NCBI GenBank assembly: GCA_036170115.1
Contig: JAVHOQ010000095.1
Location: 8,042 to 72,041 of the forward strand
Length of the DNA: 64,000 nt
Source of the DNA: Sulfuricurvum sp.
Lineage (GTDB): Bacteria; Campylobacterota; Campylobacteria; Campylobacterales; Sulfurimonadaceae
Direction: 5' to 3'
Shown here piece by piece: positions 1-10,612 of the stretch (within the stretch, counting starts at the first letter, position 1; each line of letters opens with the position of its first letter). The translations under genes and the position numbers were made by a program. The notes beneath the pieces are model-generated. The model saw only the letters and a program-made list of their open reading frames with translations, had not been told where the DNA came from and did not search any database.

Positions 1-285
1 CCCCTCTTGGGCATGATAAATTACCATCCCCCCCTCAGCTGCGATGAGGGCTAATGCTTTGTGAAGCTGATTGTTGCAGTCACATTTGATACTTCCAAAG
101 GTATCGCCGGTGAGGCATTGTGAGTGGATACGTACCAGTGGCGCATCCACTTGCTCGAAATGGTCGGTAAAAATCGCCAAATGTTCTTGACACCCCTCTT
201 TGTAAGCACGGATCTTAAAGTGACCATACTCAGTGGGGAGATTGGCGATGGAGGATTTTTCAAAAGTGGGTGAGAAGGTTTTCAT
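1..285 (-). CDS. ribA: GTP cyclohydrolase II (5' part; runs off the window edge, absent from the ORF track)
   Basis: Manual translation from ATG at 285: MKTFSPTFEKSSIANLPTEYGHFKI...PLVRIHSQCLTGDTFGSIKCDCNNQL...VIYHAQEG. Contains the Zn-binding CLTGD..S.KCDC motif; divergent from hemB. Confidence 0.92.
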   Translation of the reverse strand, partial: MKTFSPTFEKSSIANLPTEYGHFKIRAYKEGCQEHLAIFTDHFEQVDAPLVRIHSQCLTGDTFGSIKCDCNNQLHKALALIAAEGGMVIYHAQEG

Positions 286-369
286 GGTGGGTATTATAAT
301 CGTTGTTTTTTAAAAATGGATTATTAATTAAACCCTTGATACAATTTCACCCTTATTTTTTCCACTGGG

Positions 370-1344
370 ATGGTACCAATGAACCGTTTTCGCCGTACTC
401 GACTCAATCCTCATTTACGTCACCTTGTCCGTGAAACGCATGTGAGCGTGAATGATTTTATCTATCCGTTGTTTGTTCGTCCGGGAGAGGGGATCAAAAC
501 CGAAGTCGCCTCGATGCCCGGTGTCTATCAGATGTCGTTGGATGAGATTTTAAAAGAGTGCGACGTGCTTCAAGCCTTGGGACTAAATTCCATTCTCCTT
601 TTTGGTATCCCTGAAGTCAAAGATTCCATTGGAAGCGATGCCTTATGCGACCATGGGATTATTGCCACAGCAGTACGGGCGATTAAACGGGCGTATCCCA
701 AAATGTTTGTCGTTACGGATCTGTGTTTTTGTGAATATACCGACCATGGTCACTGTGGCATTTTGGATCATGTGCATGAAACGGTAGATAATGATCTGAC
801 GCTTGGAATCTCAGCACAGCAAGCACTGGTACATGCTAGGGCGGGTGTGGATATGATTGCTCCTTCGGGGATGATGGATGGGATTATTACGACATTACGG
901 GATGCGCTGGATGGGGGTGGGTATGAAAATCTCCCCATTATGAGCTATTCGACCAAATTTGCCAGTGGCTATTATGGTCCTTTTCGAGATGTAGCAGAAT
1001 CGGTTCCCAGTTTTGGTGATCGTTCCACCTACCAAATGGATCCTGCAAATCGTCGTGAAGCGATTCGTGAAAGCCTTACCGATGAAGCGCAAGGGGCGGA
1101 TATTTTGATGGTAAAACCCGCGTTGGCGTATTTGGATATTATCCGTGATATTCGCGAAGCCTCAAATCTCCCCTTAGCGGTTTACAATGTGAGTGGTGAA
1201 TATGCGATGCTTAAATTCGCAGGAGCAGCGGGATTGATCGATTATAATCGGGTGATGATGGAGACCATGGTGGGCTTTAAGCGTGCGGGTGCGGATATTA
1301 TCATTAGTTATCATGCCAAAGAAGTGGCGCAACGGTTATCCTAA
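370..1344 (+). CDS. hemB: Porphobilinogen synthase (start may be ATG 379)
   Basis: [14 protein letters not shown]n motif, [35 protein letters not shown]. Confidence 0.97.
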   Translation: MVPMNRFRRTRLNPHLRHLVRETHVSVNDFIYPLFVRPGEGIKTEVASMPGVYQMSLDEILKECDVLQALGLNSILLFGIPEVKDSIGSDALCDHGIIATAVRAIKRAYPKMFVVTDLCFCEYTDHGHCGILDHVHETVDNDLTLGISAQQALVHARAGVDMIAPSGMMDGIITTLRDALDGGGYENLPIMSYSTKFASGYYGPFRDVAESVPSFGDRSTYQMDPANRREAIRESLTDEAQGADILMVKPALAYLDIIRDIREASNLPLAVYNVSGEYAMLKFAGAAGLIDYNRVMMETMVGFKRAGADIIISYHAKEVAQRLS

Positions 1345-1390
1345 TAAAATAACTTTATGCTATGATTACTTTTTGCAGGGAAGGACAAAC

Positions 1391-2311
1391 GTGAGACATT
1401 TTTTAACGTTAAAAGAGTACACCAAAGAAGAGATCTTGGAGATTATCGATTTATCTTTGGAGATTAAACAAGCCCAAAAGGCCAAACGACCTCACCCCTA
1501 TTTGGCGGGACAAACCTTGGCGATGATTTTTGAAAAAAGTTCTACCCGTACGCGGGTCAGCTTTGAGACAGGGATGTTTCAATTGGGGGGTCATGCGCTG
1601 TTTTTATCCAACCGTGACATCCATTTGGGGCGTGGCGAGGCAGTCAAAGATACCGCACGGGTGATCTCTTCGATGAGCGATATGGTCATGATTCGCACGT
1701 ACGAGCATACTAAGCTTGAAGAGTTTGCTGCCTATTCTCACGTCCCTGTTATTAATGGTCTCAGTGATAGTTACCATCCCGTTCAATTATTGGCAGATTA
1801 TATGACAATGGTGGAGTGTGGTCGCCATGAAAATCCCATCGTCGCGTACATCGGAGATGGTAACAATATGACCCATTCGTGGTTGATGTTAGCCGCAAAA
1901 TTGGGCTTTAAATTGCGCGTTGCCACCCCCGTGGGATACGAATGCGATCCTGTGATTGTTCATGAGGCGTTGGAAATTGCAGCCCAAAGCGGTGCGACCC
2001 TTACCTTTACGCATGATCCGCAAGTTGCCATCGCAGGGGCAACGGTGGTAACCACCGATACGTGGATTTCGATGGGTCAAGAAGAGGAAAAAGCACAGCG
2101 GTTAGAGGATTTTAAAGGCTACATGGTCGATGAAACCCTCATGCAATTGGCGCATCCGTATGCGATCTTTTTGCATTGTTTGCCGGCGTATCGAGGAATA
2201 GAGGTGAGTGAAGCGGTATTAGAAGGGGATCAAAGTGTTATTTTCCAAGAGGCAGAAAACCGCCTCCATGGACAAAAAGGGCTTATGGTGTGGCTGGATC
2301 GACACCGTTAG
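1391..2311 (+). CDS. argF: Ornithine carbamoyltransferase (GTG start 1391 after AAGGA)
   Basis: [42 protein letters not shown]. Confidence 0.96.
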   Translation: MRHFLTLKEYTKEEILEIIDLSLEIKQAQKAKRPHPYLAGQTLAMIFEKSSTRTRVSFETGMFQLGGHALFLSNRDIHLGRGEAVKDTARVISSMSDMVMIRTYEHTKLEEFAAYSHVPVINGLSDSYHPVQLLADYMTMVECGRHENPIVAYIGDGNNMTHSWLMLAAKLGFKLRVATPVGYECDPVIVHEALEIAAQSGATLTFTHDPQVAIAGATVVTTDTWISMGQEEEKAQRLEDFKGYMVDETLMQLAHPYAIFLHCLPAYRGIEVSEAVLEGDQSVIFQEAENRLHGQKGLMVWLDRHR

Positions 2312-2317
2312 GGTGTC

Positions 2318-2521
2318 TTAGTTCATTGCTACTTTAAGGACGAGATCATCTCCCTCTTCGATCACTGAAAAGTTGTGTTTTTTACAAAAAGTTTCATTCA
2401 TCTCTTCTGCCCAAGTCTGTGCTTCGGTAAGGGCTTCATCTTTGTTCTCAAATGCTTTGATTGATGGCATTCCACTTCGTTTGAAACAACCACACTCTTT
2501 TTCGATACGTACATTAACCAT
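2318..2521 (-). CDS. Small hypothetical protein with ECGCF and FCKKH motifs
   Basis: 67-aa ORF preceded by GGAG-like RBS (GGAGCGTTGAGTC on minus strand), convergent with argF. Confidence 0.75.
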   Translation of the reverse strand: MVNVRIEKECGCFKRSGMPSIKAFENKDEALTEAQTWAEEMNETFCKKHNFSVIEEGDDLVLKVAMN

Positions 2522-2679
2522 GACTCAACGCTCCAAATAATAATTTTGAAAAGTATAATCGGTAAAGTTTAAAAAAAATAGTCCGAAAACTAAACAATTT
2601 TAAATCAAAGAATCCCTTTATTTTTGAGTATTGTAATGTTATCAGGAGTAATTATGTTTGTGTAAGCTATAATTCGCTC

Positions 2680-2903
2680 GAAATTTTTGGGTGCCTTCGT
2701 AAAGCTTTAAATAATCTAAAACTTTACTAAGGTACCTTCCATGGTAAGAGAATAACTCTCTGAAAATTTGTCGTCCAAGAGGACACACACTTCAACGTCA
2801 TCGTCATACAGCATAGCAACATGGGCTTTTTAGGAAATATTTTCATTCGTGAAAAACGGATTCCTTTTTTGGTTGGCGCGACGTACACACACAAAGGTAT
2901 AGA
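2680..2903 (+). promoter_or_regulatory. Long structured 5' leader of the DEAD-box helicase gene
   Basis: TATAAT at 2668-2673; 47-nt hairpin 2690-2736; small hairpins GAGA-ataac-TCTC and GTCC-aaga-GGAC; TTTTCA-TTCG-TGAAAA UUCG tetraloop. Confidence 0.6.
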
Positions 2904-4529
2904 ATGAACAACGTAGAAACAGAATTAGAAGTGGTCGATCAAAATCTTCCAACCTTTGCCGCTTTTGGGCTTCGTAAAGAGATTATGCAAAGTATTGATT
3001 ATGCGGGCTTTAAAGTTCCAAGCCCGATCCAAGCGATGGTTATCCCTGTTATTATGGAAGGTCGTGACGTTGTGGGTCAAGCCCAAACGGGTACGGGTAA
3101 AACCGCTGCTTTTGGACTTCCTGCATTGAATAAAATGCACCTCAAAGGGGGGATTGAGATCCTTATCATCACCCCAACCCGTGAACTTGCTAATCAAGTC
3201 AGTGATGAAATTTTCAAATACGGTAAACATTTGGGTGCGCGAACGGTCACGATTTATGGGGGAAGTTCGTACAATCGTCAATTGGATCTTATTGACCGTG
3301 GTGCGCAAGTCATTATCGCGACTCCGGGACGATTGCTTGATATGTTAAGTCGTGATATGCTCAAAGGATTCTCCCCTTCAATGGTTATTTTGGATGAAGC
3401 TGATGAGATGTTGGATATGGGCTTTTTGGACGATATTAACGAAATTTTCACCTATCTTCCCACAGAACGTCAAACCTTGTTGTTCTCAGCAACCATGCCT
3501 CAACCGATTAAAAATCTTGCTGAGCGTATTTTGGTGAACCCATTTTTTGCTTCTATTACCAAATCAGAGACGACCAATATCGATATTGCTCAACAATATT
3601 ATGTGATCGAAGAATCAGAGCGTGATGATGCGATTATCCGTTTGATGGATGCGGAAGATGCGAAAAAAACGGTGGTATTTTGTCGTACCAAAAAAGAGGT
3701 TGATCGTCTCTCCAATGTTCTCTCTGCCGCAGGGTATTCGGCAAAAGGGCTTCATGGTGATATGGAACAACGTCAACGGGAGAGCGTTATCAAAGGGATT
3801 AAATCCGATGCGTTTGATGTATTGATCGCAACCGACGTAGCCGCGCGCGGATTGCACATCGATGGCATTACCCACGTATTTAACTACCATATCCCGTTTG
3901 ATTCTGAAAGTTACGTTCACCGTATCGGTCGTACCGGACGCGCAGGTAAAAAAGGGGTAGCTATTACCCTTGTGACCCCTTTGGAATTCAAGGAGCTTCA
4001 ACGTATCCGTGCGAAAGTGGGTACCAAAATGGAGCACGCGTATATCCCAAGTAAAATTGATGTTAAAAATTCTCAAGTCAATCGTCTTTTGGCAGAAATT
4101 GAAAAACAACATATTTATGATGAAGCGCATAAAATTTTGGATGCCCTCAAAGAAGATTTCGACCAAGAGCAAATTGCGTATAAATTGATTTCGGTTTTGA
4201 TGGAGCGTAACACCGTTGCAGGCCCTAACCAAATTGGGATTGCCGCAGAGCGTTTGGATAAAATCTTGAGTAATCTTGAGAGTCGTGGGGGAAGTTCCAA
4301 TGGTCGTCGCCCAAGTGGTGGTGGATACCGTGGTAACAATAACCGTGGCGGAAGCGGTGGCGGATACCGTGGTAACAATGACCGTAATGCTGCTGGTGGT
4401 GAGCGTAGTGGTGGTGGTTACCGTGGTAATAACGACCGTAATGCCGCAGGTGCTGGATCATCTGATCGCGGAGAGCGTTCACGTAGTTTTAGCGGTGGAA
4501 GCCGTTCGGATAGTCGACCTCGTAGCTAA
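2904..4529 (+). CDS. deaD: DEAD-box RNA helicase (DeaD/CshA-like) with RGG-rich tail
   Basis: Q motif, AQTGTGKT, PTRELA, TPGR, DEAD, SAT, ARGLHI, YVHRIGRTGRAG. Confidence 0.93.
   Translation: MNNVETELEVVDQNLPTFAAFGLRKEIMQSIDYAGFKVPSPIQAMVIPVIMEGRDVVGQAQTGTGKTAAFGLPALNKMHLKGGIEILIITPTRELANQVSDEIFKYGKHLGARTVTIYGGSSYNRQLDLIDRGAQVIIATPGRLLDMLSRDMLKGFSPSMVILDEADEMLDMGFLDDINEIFTYLPTERQTLLFSATMPQPIKNLAERILVNPFFASITKSETTNIDIAQQYYVIEESERDDAIIRLMDAEDAKKTVVFCRTKKEVDRLSNVLSAAGYSAKGLHGDMEQRQRESVIKGIKSDAFDVLIATDVAARGLHIDGITHVFNYHIPFDSESYVHRIGRTGRAGKKGVAITLVTPLEFKELQRIRAKVGTKMEHAYIPSKIDVKNSQVNRLLAEIEKQHIYDEAHKILDALKEDFDQEQIAYKLISVLMERNTVAGPNQIGIAAERLDKILSNLESRGGSSNGRRPSGGGYRGNNNRGGSGGGYRGNNDRNAAGGERSGGGYRGNNDRNAAGAGSSDRGERSRSFSGGSRSDSRPRS
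4314..4447 (+). repeat. Three imperfect tandem coding repeats (SGGGYRGNN[N/D]R) in the helicase tail
   Basis: AGYGGTGGYGGWTACCGTGGTAAYAAYRACCGT at 4314, 4353 and 4407. Confidence 0.9.
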
Positions 4530-4535
4530 TGATGT

Positions 4536-4567
4536 AATCCACCTATCCAAAAAAAGGTAGGTGGGTT
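4536..4567. terminator. Hairpin between convergent deaD and glyQ
   Basis: AATCCACCTATC-caaaaaaa-GGTAGGTGGGTT, 12-bp stem with G-U pairs. Confidence 0.7.
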
Positions 4568-4580
4568 AAAGGCCGTACTC

Positions 4581-5462
4581 TTACCCTTTTACCCGCGCGA
4601 TACGTGCTTCTTCTTGCGATTTGTACAGTTCCGCACACCCTTTTGCTAATTCACGAATTTTCAAAATATAGTTCGCCCGTTCGGTGACCGAAATGGCTTT
4701 GCGGGCATCGAGGGTATTAAACGTATGGGATGCCATCATGCACAAATCGTAGGCGGGAAGCGGTAGCTCTGCATCAAGACATCGTTTACATTCAGTGGCT
4801 TTGGATTCAAATTCGGCAAAGAGCATGGCAGTATCGGCGATTTCAAAATTATATTTACTAAACTCAATCTCCCCCTCTTTGTGGATGTCACGGTAGAGGG
4901 TTTTGCCGTAGTGGTTTTCGCTCCATACGATGTCAAAGACCGTATCGACCCCTTGGAGATACATGGCTAGACGTTCCGTTCCGTAGGTGATTTCGACTGC
5001 AACGGGATCACACGCGATACCGCCTACTTGTTGGAAATAGGTAAACTGCGTCACCTCCATCCCATTAAGCCACACTTCCCATCCAAGTCCCCATGCACCC
5101 AAGGTAGGTGATTCCCAGTTATCCTCCACAAAACGAATGTCGTGATCTTTGAGGTTCAGCCCCAAATACTCCAAACTTTTGAGATACAGCTCTTGGATAT
5201 TTTCCGGAGAGGGTTTGATCAACGCTTGAAACTGATAGTAACTCCCCAAACGGTTGGGGTTCTCACCGTAGCGTCCATCGGTCGGGCGACGTGAGGGGGC
5301 AACATACGCCACTGACCATGGTTGAGAGTCCAGTGAGCGTAAAAACGTAGCAGGGTGAAACGTCCCCGCACCCGCAGGAATATCGTAAGGTTGGACGATA
5401 GCACACCCTTGATCATTCCAAAATTGTTGTAGTTTTAAAAGCATATCACCAAAGGTTAGCAT
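4581..5462 (-). CDS. glyQ: Glycine-tRNA ligase alpha subunit (ATG 5462)
   Basis: [55 protein letters not shown]. Confidence 0.98.
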   Translation of the reverse strand: MLTFGDMLLKLQQFWNDQGCAIVQPYDIPAGAGTFHPATFLRSLDSQPWSVAYVAPSRRPTDGRYGENPNRLGSYYQFQALIKPSPENIQELYLKSLEYLGLNLKDHDIRFVEDNWESPTLGAWGLGWEVWLNGMEVTQFTYFQQVGGIACDPVAVEITYGTERLAMYLQGVDTVFDIVWSENHYGKTLYRDIHKEGEIEFSKYNFEIADTAMLFAEFESKATECKRCLDAELPLPAYDLCMMASHTFNTLDARKAISVTERANYILKIRELAKGCAELYKSQEEARIARVKG

Positions 5463-5868
5463 ACTAAAATCCCTGTAAAAAAGTGGGGTATTATAGCCAA
5501 AGTGAGCTTGGGTGGAGATGATATAAAGGGGGGGGGAATGCGACCCATAACGAATACGCAATTTCTTTCAAGTAGATCTTGTGTTGTTGAAAGAGCGTAA
5601 ACCACTTTGGTCATTTCTGTTTCTTTTTTACCGTGCTAAAAAAAGAGTTGTTTCAAAATCTACTATTTTAAGGAATATTTTAGATAGGTTTAGTAAAATT
5701 TCTTATATTTAGTGTGATTTTTTGTGATAAAATAATTTTATTAAAAACATCGAAAAACTCGGCTTGTATGCGTTTTTTTTAACTTCCAAAAACTTTTTTA
5801 CTACACTGAAATGAAGTTTTAACGTTTGAACAGTATCATAAAAAAACTACCACTCAATCTACACATAT

Positions 5869-8800
5869 ATGGAGCAGGTGTCGATGTCAATAATGAAACA
5901 ACACACAGAACAATCAACATATCACCCTTATTGCAATGAAATTTTTGACAACAGTAACGACATTATTTATTTGGTTGAAGTAACTGACGATCGTCGTTTT
6001 ATCCATTTGGATATCAATACGGCTTTTTATAAAGGTATGGGGCTTCCCAAAGAAGCGATTGTCGGGCAGTATGTCGATGAACTGGAAAACCAAGCGTTTA
6101 GACAAACCCTCATCCAAAAATATACCTCTTGTCTCAATGCGGGGGCTAAAACCCATTTTATCGGTGAATATTCTGAACCATCAGGGGTGAGAACATTGCA
6201 TTCGGTTCTCTCCCCTATTCGGGATAAAAATGGACGGATACATCGTATTGCAGGGATCGCAAGAGACATTAGTGATGGTACTGAGAACATAGAGATACAA
6301 AAAGCGTTATTAAAACGGGAACAACTGTTTCGCTCTTTAGCCGAAAACTTCCCTGATAATATCATGAAGTTGGACACTAAGGGGCGATTTCTTTATATCA
6401 ATCCCGCGCTTGAACGGACATTAGGTAAAACTGCGTCTGAAGTGATCGGTACCCTTATCCCTGAAGATAATACCCACCTCACCGAAGCAATAACTCAGGT
6501 CGTAGCAACCAAAAAAAACGTATACATACAGCAAAAGATGTCAGGTGAAAATGGTGTTACGGAGATACACGATGTTATTTTGATACCTGAATACGATGAA
6601 ACTAAAAAACTGGTTAGTATACTGGGAATTGGACGAAATAACACGTTACGCTATCGGATGGAAGATGAGATTGCCCTTCAAGAAGAGCAATACCGTACCC
6701 TCGTTGACAGTTTGCCGGATAGTATTTTACGCTACGATCGTGACTGTCGTGTGACGTATGTCTCACCCGTATTAGAGCGTGTTGGGGGCAAAGAGGCAGT
6801 ATCCATTCTCATGGGTAAGACACCCATGGAAGCCAGTTTTTTGAAGATGCTCATCAGGCACAACGTTTTCAAGACACGCTAGCACACACCATCGCAACCG
6901 ACACAATAAACGAGATGGACATAACAACTTTAGCAGCACCTGACCTACCTGCCCAAATACATCACATCCGATTCATCCCTGAGCGAAATCAAAATGGCGA
7001 GATATTTGGAGCATTAATCATTGGTCATGATATTACCCAGCAAAAACGAATGGAATTTGAATTGGTATCACGTGAACGTGCTTTTCACTCTCTAGCGGAA
7101 AATCTCCCTGATAATATCGGACGATGGGATTGCGAGGGACGACATCTTTATATTAATCCCGTCTATGAGCGGACATTGGGTAAATCAGCTGCTGAAGTGA
7201 TCGGAACGTTGATCCCCGACGCGCATGGTGCGGTAAAAGCCGCCATATTGCAAGTAGCTGTAACTGGAGAAATAATAACCGTAGCACAAACAGTTACGAC
7301 AAAAGAGGGAAATACCGAATATCATGAAGTAAATCTTGCGCCTGAACGTGATTTATCGGGAAAGATTATCAGCGTGTTGGGGATAGGTCGCGATGTCACG
7401 GAAAGAAAGCACATAGAAATGGTTCTTGAAAAGAGTGAGCAAAGCCTCAAAGAGGCTCAGCGTATCGCCCATGTTGGTAACTGGGATGTGGATATGGTGA
7501 ATGATATGCTCACGTGGTCGGATGAAACGTACCGTATTTGGGAAATTGATAAAGAATATTTTCCAGCGACTTTTGAAGCATTCATTGAAACGGTACATCC
7601 TGAAGATAGAGAACTAGTCATTAAAATGTATAACGACTCCCTACTCAACCGCTCGGTTTATGATGTAGAGCATCGGTTATTGTTTCCTGATGGACGGATT
7701 AAGTACATACATGAACGGGGGGAACCACATTATGATGCAACTGGGAAACCCATACGCTTTATAGGGGTATCCTTAGACATCACCGAGCGTAAAGCCAGTG
7801 AGGAAAAAATTAAACATATGGCACATCACGATGGACTCACGCAACTGCCCAATCGTGTTTTGGCTAAAGAGAGAGCGCAACAAATTATCGCTCAAACAAA
7901 ACGGGTAGGAGCTAAAGCCGCATTTTTATTCATCGATTTGGATGGATTTAAAGATATAAATGATTCACTTGGACACTCTGCTAGGGATCTTCTTCTTATA
8001 ACGATTGCCTCACGGCTACAACTATGTACCCAAGAAAATGATACTATCAGCCGTCAGGGGGGAGATGAGTTTTTGATTATTCTTTCAGAGATATATGATG
8101 AAACAGCGATAACAGTAACAGCCGAAAAAATATTGAAAGAACTGGCTAAACCGGTTGAAATCACTACGCATACCCTCTCTGTCTCTGGGTCTATTGGTAT
8201 AGCCATTTATCCCGATCATGGCGATATTTTTGAAGTGCTTCTAAAAAATGCCGATACGGCAATGTACAGAGCAAAAGAGCTGGGTAAAAATACCCATTGC
8301 TTATATACACAACAAATGAATTATAATCAAATCGGAGTGTTTCAGCTTCAAAATGATCTGAAATCTGCTACGAAAAATAACGAATTTGTCCTTTTTTATC
8401 AACCGCAGATTGATTTGGCGAAAAATAAAATTACCGGAGCTGAAGCATTGATACGATGGCAACATCCACAACGTGGAATGATACCGCCGATGAGCTTTAT
8501 TCCGATTGCCGAAAGTAGCGGGATGATCGTCCAAATCGGTCAATGGGTCATCGAAGAGGCGTGTCGTCAAGCTGCCCTTTGGCATGAACAAGGGATCAAG
8601 ATTTGTGTTGCGGTCAATATTTCGGCGATGCAGTTTAAACGAGGCAATCTCGAAGACGTGGTTAAAAATGCCCTCATCTCCTCCCAACTTGATCCAAAAT
8701 GGCTCGAACTTGAACTGACCGAATCGGTTATGATGCACGATGCTGAAAAAACCCTCCAATCCATCCGAAATCTCAAAGCACTGGGTGTGCAACTCTCAAT

Positions 8801-9101
8801 CGATGATTTTGGTACAGGGTATTCCTCACTTGCCTATCTCAAACGGTTCGCCGTTGATAAACTCAAAATTGACCAATCCTTTATTCGTGATATTTTAAAC
8901 AATCCAGAGGATGCTATCATTGTTCAAACCATCATACAAATGTCTAAAAATCTCAACCTTTTAACCATCGCCGAAGGGGTTGAAAATCAAGAAATCCTAG
9001 AAGTTGTAAAAAATTTCGGATGCGATGAAGTCCAAGGATACCATTTCGCCAAACCAATGGAAGCTTCAGCATTGGAAGAGTTTTTCATCTCCTACACGTA
9101 A
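5869..9101 (+). pseudogene. Multi-PAS GGDEF-EAL c-di-GMP enzyme split by a single frameshift (ORFs 5869-6882 and 6915-9101; fused about 1077 aa)
   Basis: Repeated PAS/PAC units, FIDLDGFKDIND, RQGGDEF, YQPQ..GAEALIRW, ELELTES, DDFGTGYSSL, AEGVE. The downstream frame is open from 6819, and the third PAS domain is complete only across the T6 run at 6837-6842. Confidence 0.85.
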
Positions 9102-9139
9102 AATTATTGTACGGAAGATATTTTTCGTATCGCCATATA

Positions 9140-9994
9140 TCACATCTTACAAATAATCGCCCCAATCTCTTGTCCTAGGGATTGGGAAACGACGGCGCAT
9201 TTGACTTTGAGTAAAAAACAAATATCCTGACGCATCACAGGGGTCATACACTCATAATTACCCATCCCTTTGGCAATAATTACCTCTGCGGTATCAAAAA
9301 GGTGTTGCGCTTGGGGTGTGGCACGATCGTAGACAAATCCCGGCGTGGGGACACCACTGTTCATTACATCGCACACCGTTTCGATCTGTGCGTCACGTGC
9401 TTCGACCATCGTTACGTCATTAATGATGAAATGACCCCGTACCATATAGGTGATCTTTAATTGAGGAAACAATGTTGTGAGGTGTTGGATAGCGAGTTTA
9501 TCAAAGAGATGTTCCCCCGTATTATCCCCGATATACAACAGGGTGGTTGCTTGGGAGAGGCGAATTTTGAGTCTATTTGTATCATCATGGGCAAAAGGGG
9601 TATGATACACCGAAGTGATCGCTTCATGCAGATCAAAATGTACTTCAGCGGCTAAATCGATCACATTGCCCACCACCGCCGTTTTGAGTATCGCGACAAA
9701 AGGATCATCACTGTGGGAAATAGCGGTGTCACACAAGGGGAGGTAATGGCGTGCTTGTTGCGTGGCATGGGCTTTTTGCGCATCATAGAGGTCGATTTTT
9801 CCCGCAAGCTGCCCCATTTTTTCGTATAAAGGTGCTGCGATTACGGGTGGTGAGAGGGTAAAATCGGCGTGTTGCAGGGCATCATCAATCGCAGTAGTGA
9901 TAGTATGGGTAAGCGGTGCATCCGCACCGATCGCTTCACACACACGACGTGCTTGAGACGCGATACACCCGATGCACGCTGGTTGAATGGTCAT
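9140..9994 (-). CDS. DUF89/ARMT1-like metal-dependent phosphatase
   Basis: N-terminal CxxC, AVVGNVID, YIGDNTGE..FD, INDVT, IAKGMGNYE, FLLKVKC. Confidence 0.85.
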   Translation of the reverse strand: MTIQPACIGCIASQARRVCEAIGADAPLTHTITTAIDDALQHADFTLSPPVIAAPLYEKMGQLAGKIDLYDAQKAHATQQARHYLPLCDTAISHSDDPFVAILKTAVVGNVIDLAAEVHFDLHEAITSVYHTPFAHDDTNRLKIRLSQATTLLYIGDNTGEHLFDKLAIQHLTTLFPQLKITYMVRGHFIINDVTMVEARDAQIETVCDVMNSGVPTPGFVYDRATPQAQHLFDTAEVIIAKGMGNYECMTPVMRQDICFLLKVKCAVVSQSLGQEIGAIICKM

Positions 9995-10489
9995 TTAGAG
10001 GATGGTTTCGATCTCTAAGGAATCCATTTCCACTTGTTTGGCTTTGGCGATACGGTCTTCTTGGAGTTTCATCCGCAAGTCATCGTTTTCCAATGCCAAA
10101 ATTTGCATAGCAAGGTACGCGGAGTTAATCGCCCCTGCTTTGCCGATGGCGACCGTAGCAACCGGCATCCCTGCAGGCATTTGGACGGTGGAGAGCATCG
10201 CATCCATTCCATCCATTGCGCCCCCTTTCATGGGGACACCGATGATGGGTTTGGTCGTTTTAGATGCCAATACGCCCGCCAAATGGGCAGCCATTCCCGC
10301 TGCAGCGATGAAGACTTGCGCCCCTTTGGCTTCAGCGGTGGTAATGTACTCTTTGGTACGTTCAGGGCTTCGATGTGCGGAGGAGATGATCAGTTCGTAC
10401 GACACGCCAAACGCTTCGAGGGTATCCGAACACGATTTCATCACCTCATAATCACTTTTACTTCCCATAATGATGGAGACAAATTTCAT
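9995..10489 (-). CDS. purE: N5-CAIR mutase (ATG 10489)
   Basis: IIMGSKSD, SAHRSP, AAAGMAAHLAG, STVQMPAG.PVATV. Confidence 0.97.
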   Translation of the reverse strand: MKFVSIIMGSKSDYEVMKSCSDTLEAFGVSYELIISSAHRSPERTKEYITTAEAKGAQVFIAAAGMAAHLAGVLASKTTKPIIGVPMKGGAMDGMDAMLSTVQMPAGMPVATVAIGKAGAINSAYLAMQILALENDDLRMKLQEDRIAKAKQVEMDSLEIETIL

Positions 10490-10566
10490 TTTTTTCCTTT
10501 TTTGTAAAATTAACATTACTGACATTACGTCTGAATCTACGATTGACAGCTATAAGACTATCATCA

Positions 10567-10610
10567 CTTCCCCAAGAGTGGGATATTCGCTGGATTCGCG
10601 GGAATGACGG
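10567..10610 (-). repeat. Degenerate CGTC-type REP, internally deleted, plus a TTCCC..GTGGGA remnant
   Basis: CTGGATTCGCGGGAATGACGG is the reverse complement of CGTCATTCCCGCG...AATCCAG lacking about 8 nt. Confidence 0.7.
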
Positions 10611-10612
10611 TA

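Noticed and set aside
106-126. RibA has HSQC instead of the usual HSEC
   Set aside because: Single conservative change with all Zn ligands intact; no evidence of altered function.
2741-2852. Short uORFs (MVRE, MGFLGNIFHS) in the deaD leader
   Set aside because: No RBS and no informative codon content.
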